Of a stretch of DNA of 64,000 nucleotides, positions 52,955 to 64,000 are shown piece after piece. The notes under the pieces are model-generated. The model searched no databases. It saw nothing but the letters and a program-made list of their open reading frames with translations, and had not been told where the DNA came from. The number at the start of each line of letters is the position of its first letter. Position 1 is the first letter of the stretch. The stretch is from Harriotta raleighana (lineage: Eukaryota): contig JBNZDD010013567.1 of assembly GCA_050575255.1 (NCBI GenBank), forward strand, positions 590,842 through 654,841. The letters run 5' to 3'. The translations under genes and the position numbers were made by a program.

Positions 52955-53129
52955 CAGTCAAATCTGTCTTCAACAATCACTCGAGGGATTGGACCAAAGT
53001 GGCCTTTGAGGAGTGGCCTCAGAGTAAGGGTTCATTGGTGTTTGAACTGGACTGCAAGGCCCATTCCAGGGTAGTTGTTATTAGGGAGTGGTTGCTGTAT
53101 GGAGGTGGTTACTTGAACTGGTTTGACAG
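52955..53129. mobile_element. Short Tigger-like MITE (175 bp) inserted at a TA within a SINE remnant
   Basis: TA|CAGTCAAATCTGTCTT ... AACTGGTTTGACAG|TA with repeated gtggtt/gtggcc subterminal motifs; related decayed copy at ~13800-13946. Confidence 0.65.
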
Positions 53130-53274
53130 TATTTGGCAGATGTATAATTGGGATTCATGAATTTGAAAAATAAATTTGTTCAGATTGTTTGATGCCATCC
53201 ACAAATTCTGATCCTCCAACTAATGCTATCACTAAATATTTAGTGACCTGCGAGACTTGTATAAGGAGCTTTGT

Positions 53275-53600
53275 GGAGCTCCTGTAGCTCAGTGGTTAGA
53301 GCACTCGTCTTATAAGGATGAGACCTGTGTTCGAATCCAAGCAGATCAGGATGAAACCTTGGACAAGTTTCCTTACTCCACATGCCTAATGATAATCCAT
53401 CCCCACCAAAAAACACAATAATAAAAATTGGTCATTTCAATCCACGACTGGTTGTGGGACACCAATATGCGCAATTGGCTGCCACGTTTCGCCCGCAAAT
53501 ATACAGTCGATTCACTTTAAAGTATATATTCTGTGAAGCACCTTGAGACGTCGATAAGATGTGAAAAGTGCTGTATCAAAATGCAAGAATTATTATTATT
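53275..53600 (+). mobile_element. Near full-length tRNA-derived SINE (tRNA head, CORE-like segment, Deu-like 3' part, L2-type tail)
   Basis: A box TAGCTCAGTGG and B box GTTCGAATCC; then accttggacaagtttccttactcc; then gcgcaattggctgccacgtttc; tail gtgaagcaccttgagacgtc...tgcaagaattattattatt. Confidence 0.85.
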
Positions 53601-56600
53601 AAAATGCTTTGGCTCATTCACCACCCCAATGAGTTGCAGCCGCAGGTAGTTGGTTTCCTTTATTCAATCCCAGTTTTATCAAGTGCAGCTTCCTCAACCT
53701 TCGATGTAAATACACTGCAGTACCTTAAGGAAAGGCAGTTTTGTGAGTGGAGAGATAGAACTGAGGTTGAATGCAATATATTGCTCTGTTTAAGGGAATT
53801 ATAAAATTGCGATCTGTTACCAATAGTAATTTGAGGTGTGGCTAATATGCAGCCTGCAAAGCTGCTGAATGACTGTTAAATAGTTTTTTGCCTTAATCAT
53901 AAAAAACTGTGTGTTTCTGAGTATGGGATCGGTGTGTTGCCAGCATCTCATTGTACATATTTGGTAAAGGTGAACAAGCCCGGTATTGAGAATGTAATTG
54001 AAGGTAAGATAGAAAAATGAACAATATTTTTAAAAATTGTAAAAATGGTCAAAAACTGCCAATGACTGTCCTTCAATACTGTGACTTAAATTAACAGTAC
54101 ACTTCCAAGATTTGGGTTGATTTCATAAAATATGTTTTGGTAGATAGCAGACTGCCTAAGTTTCAAAGTGCCACTTCAGAAAGAACAAGTTGACTGGAAA
54201 TGAGATGTTTTGATATAATGACATAAACATATTGTGTACCACACTTGTTCGCATCTTACTCTTGAGTATTTAAAATTTACCAAAATGCCCATTATTGAAC
54301 GGAATTCATATTTTATATTTTAGATGATATAAGTGACAAATTTATTCCATGTTATCTAATTTAGCTTTCACCTGTTAATTGCCTTTTAAACTGTTGAAAA
54401 AATTGGTTAAAGAAAAAGAATGAAACTGAATGAATTGAACAATTAGCAATTGGCTTCTATGGCAACATTCATTAAATATGACAAACCTAAGTAGAATGTT
54501 TTTGTCTTGTATGCTTTATGTAAATGTCCCGTCAAACAAACATTGCTGATATGTATAAATTGTTGAGCTAGTAATTAACACAACTGCAAGGTTGTCTGGT
54601 CCGTGTACGAACAAAACACAATTGTACAAAAAAAATTCTATATTTCTGAGTTCATTAAATGTCCTGTTCATCATCTCCTTGAATTAAATACAGATTAACC
54701 CTTATCTCTCTAGTCTGGACTTATCTCGTTCAGGCGCCATGCTTCTGGGAGGCTGTTGGTACACCAAGTCCAAAATGATTGATTTCTGGCTGATACACAC
54801 TCATTTCCAAGATTTTAACTTCTATCTACATTTTTGTTGAGTTCCGGCATTGTGCTTATCGGCCTCCTTTTTTTTTCTCTCTCACTCTCTGAGGAACAGC
54901 GGCACTTTTTAGTCTAGTGAGGACGTAACCATTTCTCAGTTAATAGGTTCATTCATCAGCTGATTAATGGAAGATATGGAAATAGCCTTCCTCTTATTGT
55001 AATGGTTATTGTTTTACAAAAACCCTTCCAGTCCAGTGATTGTACTTCAAGGCATTTATTATCTGCCTTTTGACTTTCAGATTCTATAGCCTTAACCTCT
55101 GGAACTGCCTTCCTCTACCCCTCTGTCTCATTCCTTCCCACTCTCTATTTGTCTAGTAATGCAGCAAGATCTATCTCTTTGACCGTACCTATGGTATGTC
55201 TCTCTCCCTCTTCCTTGCTCTTCACATCACTGTGAAGCACACCCAAGGTACTATTCCAATTGAAGAGAATTGTATAAATGCAAGTTAAAAACAGCAATTG
55301 GCTGCCACATTTTGTCCACAAAATACACAGTCTATCCACTTTACAGTATATTCTGTGAAGTGCTTTGAGACATCTCAATGACATGATCAGGCGCTATGTC
55401 TCTGTAAGTGTTGAATGCCCCTTACCTCACCGTGGCAGCAACACTCAGATTACCTAACATCAGAAGAACACCTGTGGGCTGCTGCTCCTATATTGCTTAG
55501 AGGGGGCATCCACCTTGTTTGCTGTTTTTGACAAATTCTGAGTGGGTGGTTTTTTGACAAATTCTAAATAGTCAGTTTGGGAGCTCTGCGATCTTTGTCC
55601 TTTCACCGAGAAAAGGCGAAGGAAGATCGACATCCAAATCGTACAGCCCATGTTCATTCAAAATGTTCATATAACTGCAGAAATTCAAATTGCGCCTGCC
55701 CCCATTAATAACTATAGCACCAGAGGATGTAATGTGCTTCCTGTCATAGTTTTGAGTCTGAGCTGCAAGACTGCATCAGATTCCCATTGGATTCCCTGCT
55801 TTAGAAGTCCACTGTTCAACTACTGCAAAAAAACTTCAAAATGGCCTCCCTAAGATGAGTAGTACTGAGTCTTAATAGACCCTGGTTTTCTATACAAATC
55901 CTTATCAGCTGCTTGAAAGTTTCCACACCATCACCACAAAATCATACGGTCAAGGGCAAGAGTCAATGGGTCTGAGTTGCCACAGGAAAAAAACATCAAC
56001 AACAAAGGAAGAGGCTTTGATGCATAGGTTTGTTAGATTTTAAGAGGACTTGAAAGCAGCCTGATTTTATATATTTTAAAAAAGTACCTTTAAGGTTATC
56101 ATCAAATGATTAAATGTGCCTGCTCAAAAAAGAATCGAGAATGACGGTTAAATAGATTTTCTTTTAAGTAAATTAGTAAATAATAATAATCCTTGCAAAT
56201 CCTGGATTGGTGCAGTTTCCTGAAGCAAATTTGGAAAGGCTTTTATGTTGCCATCCCCACGGCATCTCACTCCAATCATTGGCATCATTTCAATCTTTAT
56301 CTTCCAACTCATTTTTTAAAAATTAAATTATCGTGGGGCATTTCAGATCAATTAAGACAAAAAAAAGTATTTTGATGGATTTATGAAATTTTCTTTGCCG
56401 CCTGCTGTGACATTTAAGTCTTTTATGTATTTTTAAGTTAAAACCTGTTTTCTTGATGTTGTTAATTTCAGCCAAAATATTCAAAGGATTAATAGAGAGT
56501 CAGTGTAATTGTAATTGGGGCATTTGGGATGTGAGTTTTAATAGTGCAGTACTGACCTTTAGATAACATGATCCTTCAAGGAGCTCTGCTTGAAACCCCA

Positions 56601-56987
56601 TTTGTACAAAATGTAGCAATAAAGTAATGTTACTAAACCATTTGATGAGCCTGCTTTAGAAGTCCACTGTTTAGACCTTGTTGAAATTGTGTCTCTAATC
56701 ATTGCTTAGTACCTTTGGCAGCCTGTTTTCCTGTTATTGAGTTGCTGGTTATCACAAATGAGCCATCTTGCTTTGTATCCAATCTTTTTGATATTATTGA
56801 GCCGCTAAATGTTCTCTCTCCCTGTTATCTATGAAGTTTCCTTTTTTTAAAAAAACTCTTAAAATTTATTTTCCTTCTAAAGGGACTGAACCGTTTGATG
56901 GATGCTTTCCAGAACTACAAAGTGTGATAAATTAAACAGCTCAGCGAGTCTTAAGTATCTTAGCCCCTTGTGGATTGAGGAGAAGCC

Positions 56988-57024
56988 TGATAAATTAGTG
57001 ATAAGTAGATGATAAAGATGTGGT
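56988..57024 (+). promoter_or_regulatory. Candidate GATA/RUNX enhancer core (three phased TGATAA plus TGTGGT)
   Basis: TGATAA at 56988, 56999 and 57010; TGTGGT at 57019. Motif evidence only. Confidence 0.45.
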
Positions 57025-60000
57025 GTGGATCGTGTTCTTGCATGATATATATTTGAGACGGTCTGGTTAATATTAGCAGCACTAAGCTCATGTCATACTT
57101 TTCCTTCAACTCCAAGAAAAAAAACTCTGCCCTTTCCTGGCCAGTAAACCACAAGTACATTTAAGGTCTGAAGATTTTTTTTGACTGAAAGCAGCTAAGG
57201 AGTATATCTGAAATTCTAAACATTGTTCCAAAATTAGTATTTACTCTTCACACTTGGTTTGTACCCATCAATTATATTTAGATTACTAGAATCTATATAG
57301 AAAACAGATTACAGTAGTAGCAATAATAGTACTAATAATCCAACTTGTGCACGGAAGTATTCCAAGAGTATTAGCGTGGGGCTTGAAACCACAGCACTTA
57401 CTGTCAAGTATAGTGACTGTAATTGTAGGCAAGTACGCAGTCAATTTGCTAATTCACTTCATCCCAAACGACACTCTTATCAAATGCAAAGCTTCTTATT
57501 ACTATTATAACTCGCGTAGACTCAATCTCTTGCTCTGCCATGATATGGAAGGAACAATTTATTTATACACCTTCCTATCCAAAATTGCAAAAAAAAAGTC
57601 ATTTATTTCTGGTCCAGACTGCTTTTTTTTTTTTAAAAATGTAATCATGTTCAGTTCACTGGACTAAATCAAGACCTGGTGTACCTTAAAGGATGCATGA
57701 GCTAATCAGACTGCCTTCTTTTTGTTAAAACTTTCAGTTCTTCAGTAAATGTTGGATGTTGCATCTGGCTTTGAACTCTTGACTATTGCACTGATGAGTT
57801 CTCAGTAGCTCTTGGTTAGATAATTAGATTTCATATCAACATAGCAACAGCTCAGGGATCATCCCAGATTAAAATTTTCACCATCATTAACATTCATAGG
57901 AAAAGGATGTGAGAGATTTAAGGATTGCAGACTTCAGCACTGTTGTTAAGCACTGAATCAGTTCCGAAGCAGATGGAAGGGAAAGACTAGCCTAGATGAG
58001 GTCTTGCCTTTCCAAAAAAGTCACCAATTCTGCCGGGATTTGAGGCAAAATTAATTCTCGATTTACAAATTGGCCTTTTGAAAATCCATTGATAGTGATG
58101 GATCAATATTGAATTAATAAGATTAAACAGTAAATAAACGGGTAAATCCACTGAGTACTTGAAATTGACTTAGAAATCAAGCTGTCTTGCATACAACATA
58201 ATAGAAAACCTAGCTAGGCTAACTTAAACCTTTTCACCCTCATGTACAGTAAAGAGTAACTTGTATTGACACAGAATTATAAGACTACCTGGTTGCTGCT
58301 GCTTTTAATTTGTCCCAAGCAGTGCAAGATTCACCTTAAACAACAATTTACACTTACACTGTGCTTTTTATGTTTGAAGATCATCTCAGAGACTCAGCAG
58401 GAGCCTGAGCTGGGTTAAAAAAATATCAGGTGCCAACGTGGAGTAACAGTAGCTCCTATCTTATTCCAACTGGACTACCTCAGAGATACTGTCTCTGACG
58501 AACCCTCTTCCAAGTAGCATGGTATCCGATGAGACAGATATCTGACACCATCCAAGTGATGGATCCAAGTTGATTCGTGGAATGTACTTGGTAGTTAGTT
58601 TTCAGATCCAAATCTTATCTTGCAGGTCAGGACTCGGAGGGCGGGATTATCATACAAGCCATTTAAGGGGCAGAGGATAAAACATATCCTCAATAAGTTC
58701 TGTTCAGTATAAAATTGACATTGCTTCATTAAGTATAAGTGCTTCCACGTGAGAAAGGAAAGCTTCATTCACCGGAGCTTTGCTCCATCTTCAACTCCCA
58801 CAAGGGAGTGTCAACTCTGGAAGAACTTAAATCAAACAAGCAGATACTTTTGAAACAATGTGTGTTTCCACAAGAATGAACAGACTGTTCAAAGTACTCA
58901 AGGACCAGTACAGCAGTAGTTATTTACAAATCAAATTGGTTGGTTGCAAATGTTGTATTCATTGAGGAGTGTATTAGGCAAAAACCCACAGTAATGATAC
59001 ACAGTTCTGTCTCCTTGATGGTTTATCCAATTTGGATGAAACATTTTAGGACTTGGAATTTCTATTGATGTGGGTGATCCAGCTCAGCTTGCATAACACT
59101 TTCCTCTGCAGAACTCTTCCATCAGCCTCTTACAAGTTAATATTAAATGTCTTTGCTATGATAACACTATGCAGGTAGGTAAGCACATTTCCTTCCTTGT
59201 TCAGTCAAAATGTCCTGTGTGAGGGATACTGGGACTAAAAGTGTAAGTGTACATGGAGGTTGTGTAATATCTGTGGCTTACCTGTTAGTGCACTACAGCT
59301 GTATCTCTTGTCTTTGTGTACATCCAACCATCACCAGGATCAATTTTTTGAGACATCTACTTTCAGTATGTTTGCCTTTGATTACATCTTGGCATCTAGT
59401 ACACATAGCTGTAGAAATAGTTAACTCCACGTCTATGTGTAAATCTCAGTTATTTTTGAAGCTAATTTTTTTTCAGTTCACCTTTCGTCAAAGTCCCACT
59501 CTTCCAAATATTTCAGATAATCATAATTCAAGAAAGGCAGGTACCAAGAAACGGTTGCAGACAGCTGCGTAAGGAAATTTGGTCCTTTTATAGAATTGCA
59601 CCAATTTGTGTAATTTACACTTAATTGGGTTTTATAGAAACTATAAAATGAGGAATAAAATGTGAAACCAAGAATTATTTTTCCAGCTGTACCTTGAAAA
59701 TGGTATGAATCTCTAGCCGAAGAACTGTTGTGATTAGACATCCTTCTATATTGTTTGTGGCAAAACTATGCTCGGAACCAGATGTGAACCTATTGCTGTC
59801 CAGCTAAAAACCTAAGATTTTGACTTGCAATAGTTAGCTGAGCAAAACAAAACCTAGAAATATAGTGCTGAGATTTGCATGTCATTGGTGCCACCTTGTG
59901 GCTGAAAGCTTTATTCTGGAACAAGATTTTTCACGTAAGGAAGCATGGTAACTAAAACTCTGGTATAGGTACTCTGCATCTTGGGACATCCTCCCGATGT

Positions 60001-60347
60001 GAAAGGTGCTATATAAATGCAATTTGTTGCCGTTATTGTTGTAGTCTCTGTGTCTTTGTAGTCTCAAACATCACTGACCAAAACACAATCCCAAGAAAGG
60101 TGTTAGGCAACAACAACTTGCATTTATATAAGCGCCTCTGAAGCCGTATAGGATCCTAGACTTGATCATTCATTTCACAGCTGTTTGTGGGGAAATTGCT
60201 GTAGATAAATAAATTGCCATGTCTTTACAGTCAATTCTAGGAAGCGCTTTGAGACATCTTTCTGATGTGAATGGGGCTGTATCAAGTTCAAAGATTGCCA
60301 ATGTTATTATCATTTCCTAAATGGATTATTTTTCTTTAAACTAACAG

Positions 60348-60453
60348 AGTGCTACAGTACTACTTCTGGAGCTGAAAGATGAACGCTGCTGGTTAAGGAA
60401 GTTTCCAGTAACTGTGAATGAAGAGTTGGCCAATTGTTCCATTTACTGTGAAG
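60348..60453 (+). CDS. zfpm1: ZFPM1/FOG1 coding exon 5 equivalent, PR-like domain (106 nt, phase 0-1), copy 1
   Basis: Acceptor tttctttaaactaacag| and donor GAAG|gtaggc. Encodes SATVLLLELKDERCWLRKFPVTVNEELANCSIYCE, which matches the FOG1 pattern DE.CWLR..P....E..AN..I better than FOG2. Confidence 0.92.
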
Positions 60454-61122
60454 GTAGGCTCTTGATATTAACATTTTAAAGGAAACATTGTTCAACTTCT
60501 AAAGATATGTTTTAAAAATCGAACCATTTTCAACCTTAAAAAAAATTATTGCTGTTTAACAGCTAGAAAGCTGTTTAAAATATGGTCATTGAAGTGCTCT
60601 TGTGATATAGAAGTTAAAGCAGAAACTTCACTGTTTGTTTTACTGATGCAACCGCCTACTGAAATATCTTTCTGAGTGTTGAATTTTGTTTTATCGTATT
60701 GCTGTTTTAACACTCGATCCATCCTGTGCCAGTAAGTACAAAGGGAGGGGCGATTTGTTTTTCTTGTATTTTGGTCATCTGCCAACACTCAATGGACTTT
60801 GAGGTGGGTGCGTTAATCAAACTTGTAAAAGTGATTTCTGTTCTTCACATACTGAATTATTTTCCTGTTCTCTATAAAAGCACTGTATGTAGAAAACAGA
60901 TTACCACGGTATTTTTTTGGACAGCCGGATGTCTGACACATAAGAAAACCATGAGGGTGTATTTAGGAGTATGCAAGCCAATAAGTAAGAGTTCCACATA
61001 AGTATGCCATCTGAACATGGAGTTTTCACTGTGTCTGGAATGGAGTACGCACTCTCTCTGGAGGGGTGCATCCTGCTTACCTAATTACAACACACATGCA
61101 GATATAAATATGTTTATATGTA

Positions 61123-61578
61123 CAGTAAAATTCCTTTAATCCGGCACCTGTTAATCCAGAAATCTTTATAATCCAGCATCTGCGACAGTCCATCTTTTTC
61201 CAATATGCACATCTCTATGCGCATCCTTTCCCAGAGGTGTGTTTAAGACTTCACATCATTCGGTGCATTTTCCTAGGGAGCCCATCACCGATGTCACGTT
61301 TAATAAGTGCGCATGCGCGATTTAATAAATGCGTGTGCATGCGCAGTTTTATTTTTTTTAAAATTAACTTTCAGCGGGTGTGATGCCTCTTTAGACGGCC
61401 CACCTGCTCCGCCGGGCTGGGGAGAGCTCTGGTTTTCGCTATACAGGTATGTAACATAAATAAGAGCACAGCACACTCAAATCCTCCCATCCCTAAGAGT
61501 AACATCCAATAATCCGTCATATTTGCTAATCCAGCACTGTTTAGGTCCTGAATGTACCGGATTATCAGAATTTTATTA
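61123..61578. mobile_element. Older Tigger-like MITE of a different subfamily (duplicated at 63520-63975)
   Basis: TA|CAGTAAAATTCCTTTAATCCGGCA ... TACCGGATTATCAGAATTTTATTA|TA degenerate TIRs; repeated taatcc(a/g)g subterminal motifs. Confidence 0.7.
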
Positions 61579-62481
61579 TATACACATATACACACATATA
61601 TATATCACCTTCTCCGCAGAGTGGGGGGAGCATATTAGGTTCAGATTGACAATGAACAAGGCTCACCTCAAAGTGTGTGTTGAGCTACTGTTGGACTTTG
61701 CCTTTAACCAAAAATGCATTGTGAGTCCTGTCTGGTGAACTTCCTGCTGTTTCCCTGCACTCTGCATAGAGCTGCATTCTTTCATGTGTTTGTCTCTAGG
61801 TATCTTTGCCCACATCAGTGTTTTCTGAGATTTGGGGTGGGGGTGGGGATTGGAAATTGGAAAGAGAATTGAAAGAAAAAAAGTTACCAACAAATAAATG
61901 AAAAGTAAGGGCGAAGAAAAAATTCTGTGGAGGAAAAAGTTGATTTGATTGCAGTGGAGATCTTTCGCTGAATTGCGGAGCTAACAAATCAAGGCACTGC
62001 TCTGTGCAAAAACATCAACAGCAGGCTGATCTCAAAATATGATGATAAATTCTTGCCTCTGTGATCCACCAATCTGATGTATGAAGCATTTGAATTGGCT
62101 CTACCCATTTCGGTAAAATGTGCCCAAGAGTTTTAAATGAGGAAGTAGACACACTGATAGGAGAAATCAAATGATACTGCTCAAGCAGCTGGGTCCAGGG
62201 CTCTCAGTAACTTGCAGAGAGAGTGTGAGTCTTGAGAAAGCTTATCCCCTTTGATAAAACTGGTCATTCACCTCATGGCGGTTTGAACATAGGCTGCAGC
62301 ATTCGTCCACCAATGCACAGACATGAAACTTCACAATAAATTGGCTGCCTCATTTCCCCCAAAAAACCTTTGGTCAATTCACTTTATAGTATATTCTGTG
62401 AATCGCTTTGAGACGTCTCAAGGATGTGATAAGGTGCTATATCAAATGCAAGGATTGTTATTATAACTTTGCAAAGTGATN

Positions 62482-64000
62482 ACAATCCCAAGAAAGGTGT
62501 TAGGCAACAACAACTTGCATTTATATAAGCGCCTCTGAAGCCGTATAGGATCCTAGACTTGATCATTCATTTCACAGCTGTTTGTGGGGAAATTGCTGTA
62601 GATAAATAAATTGCCATGTCTTTACAGTCAATTCTAGGAAGCGCTTTGAGACATCTTTCTGATGTGAATGGGGCTGTATCAAGTTCAAAGATTGCCAATG
62701 TTATTATCATTTCCTAAATGGATTATTTTTCTTTAAACTAACAGAGTGCTACAGTACTACTTCTGGAGCTGAAAGATGAACGCTGCTGGTTAAGGAAGTT
62801 TCCAGTAACTATGAATGAAGAGTTGGCCAATTGTTCCATTTACTGTGAAGGTAGGCTCTTGATATTAACATTTTAAAGGAAACATTGTTCAACTTCTAAA
62901 GATATGTTTTAAAAATCGAACCATTTTCAACCTTAAAAAAAATTATTGCTGTTTAACAGCTAGAAAGCTGTTTAAAATATGGTCATTGAAGTGCTCTTGT
63001 GATATAGAAGTTAAAGCAGAAACTTCACTGTTTGTTTTACTGATGCAACCGCCTACTGAAATATCTTTCTGAGTGTTGAATTTTGTTTTATCGTATTGCT
63101 GTTTTAACACTCGATCCATCCTGTGCCAGTAAGTACAAAGGGAGGGGCGATTTGTTTTTCTTGTATTTTGGTCATCTGCCAACACTCAATGGACTTTGAG
63201 GTGGGTGCGTTAATCAAACTTGTAAAAGTGATTTCTGTTCTTCACATACTGAATTATTTTCCTGTTCTCTATAAAAGCACTGTATGTAGAAAACAGATTA
63301 CCACGGTATTTTTTTGGACAGCCGGATGTCTGACACATAAGAAAACCATGAGGGTGTATTTAGGAGTATGCAAGCCAATAAGTAAGAGTTCCACATAAGT
63401 ATGCCATCTGAACATGGAGTTTTCACTGTGTCTGGAATGGAGTACGCACTCTCTCTGGAGGGGTGCATCCTGCTTACCTAATTACAACACACATGCAGAT
63501 ATAAATATGTTTATATGTACAGTAAAATTCCTTTAATCCGGCACCTGTTAATCCAGAAATCTTTATAATCCAGCATCTGCGACAGTCCATCTTTTTCCAA
63601 TATGCACATCTCTATGCGCATCCTTTCCCAGAGGTGTGTTTAAGACTTCACATCATTCGGTGCATTTTCCTAGGGAGCCCATCACCGATGTCACGTTTAA
63701 TAAGTGCGCATGCGCGATTTAATAAATGCGTGTGCATGCGCAGTTTTATTTTTTTTTAAATTAACTTTCAGCGGGTGTGATGCCTCTTTAGACGGCCCAC
63801 CTGCTCCGCCGGGCTGGGGAGAGCTCTGGTTTTCGCTATACAGGTATGTAACATAAATAAGAGCACAGCACACTCAAATCCTCCCATCCCTAAGAGTAAC
63901 ATCCAATAATCCGTCATATTTGCTAATCCAGCACTGTTTAGGTCCTGAATGTACCGGATTATCAGAATTTTATTATATACACACATATATATATCACCTT
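62482..64000 (+). repeat. Near-identical direct duplication of 60085-61611
   Basis: Begins immediately after the single N at 62481. Duplicated ORFs appear in the track (60546/62943, 60726/63123). I saw only two substitutions and one 8-bp indel. Confidence 0.97.
62745..62850 (+). CDS. zfpm1: Second copy of ZFPM1 exon 5 (probable allelic/assembly duplicate; V->M)
   Basis: Identical to 60348-60453 at offset 2397 except A62811 for G60414 (ATG vs GTG). Splice sites are intact. Confidence 0.6.

Larger units (their letters stand above)
14030..62465. repeat. Dispersed SINE/L2 3'-tail fragments (~70-150 bp each): 14030(+), 18262(-), 21277(-), 21519(+), 29235(+), 29720(+), 39535(+), 43085(-), 44500(-), 52860(-), 55290(+), 57340(+), 59970(+), 60160(+), 62330(+)
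   Basis: All share gtgaagcgctttgagacgtc...aggcgctatatcaaatgcaaggattattatt or the variant cagcgccttgggacgtcctcc...gtaattttgttgtt, or the reverse complement. The coordinates given span the set; start positions are approximate. Confidence 0.8.

Noticed and set aside
53278-53350. tRNA gene (A and B boxes, CTTATAA anticodon-like loop)
   Set aside because: The acceptor stem does not close, and the sequence continues directly into a SINE body and tail; it is a SINE head.
20927-60453. Assignment to zfpm2 (FOG2)
   Set aside because: Exon 2 (RSIDEMEE) and exon 5 (DERCWLR..P....E..AN) fit FOG1 better than FOG2 (RPLEDAIE; GPKWLLDVTW) as I recall them; a reciprocal BLAST would confirm.
60546-63986. Repeated ORFs (80 aa, 91 aa, 72-74 aa) as a duplicated gene cluster
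   Set aside because: They recur only because of the 2397-bp-offset duplication, resemble no protein family I know, and overlap intron and MITE sequence.

Overview
AT-rich vertebrate genomic DNA. The repeat content (Deu-domain SINEs with L2-type tails, L2/CR1/RTE fragments, a Penelope-type foldback repeat) suggests a cartilaginous fish, possibly a chimaera; this is an inference. The window is mostly intron of one + strand gene that I identify as zfpm1 (FOG1, friend of GATA-1). Four coding exons splice in frame: 20927-21052, 27521-27616, 52271-52407 and 60348-60453. They correspond to human exons 2-5 and encode the acidic N-terminal region and most of the PR-like domain. Exon 1 (MSRRKQ... NuRD-binding motif) was not found and presumably lies upstream, and the zinc-finger exons lie downstream. 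The last 1.5 kb, starting right after a single N at 62481, re-copies 60085-61611 including exon 5 with a Val/Met difference, most likely an uncollapsed haplotype. Nearly all entries in the six-frame ORF track are spurious or transposon relics. The most notable observations are: (i) a TIR-bounded Tigger/pogo deletion derivative whose peptide closely resembles the N-terminus of the domesticated protein Jerky (JRK), with three MITEs sharing its ends; (ii) minimal hammerhead-ribozyme motifs in a foldback repeat; (iii) two candidate unannotated zfpm1 exons; and (iv) several dense GATA-site clusters, one with exact 11-bp phasing. All family names come from motif recognition by eye, not from database searches.
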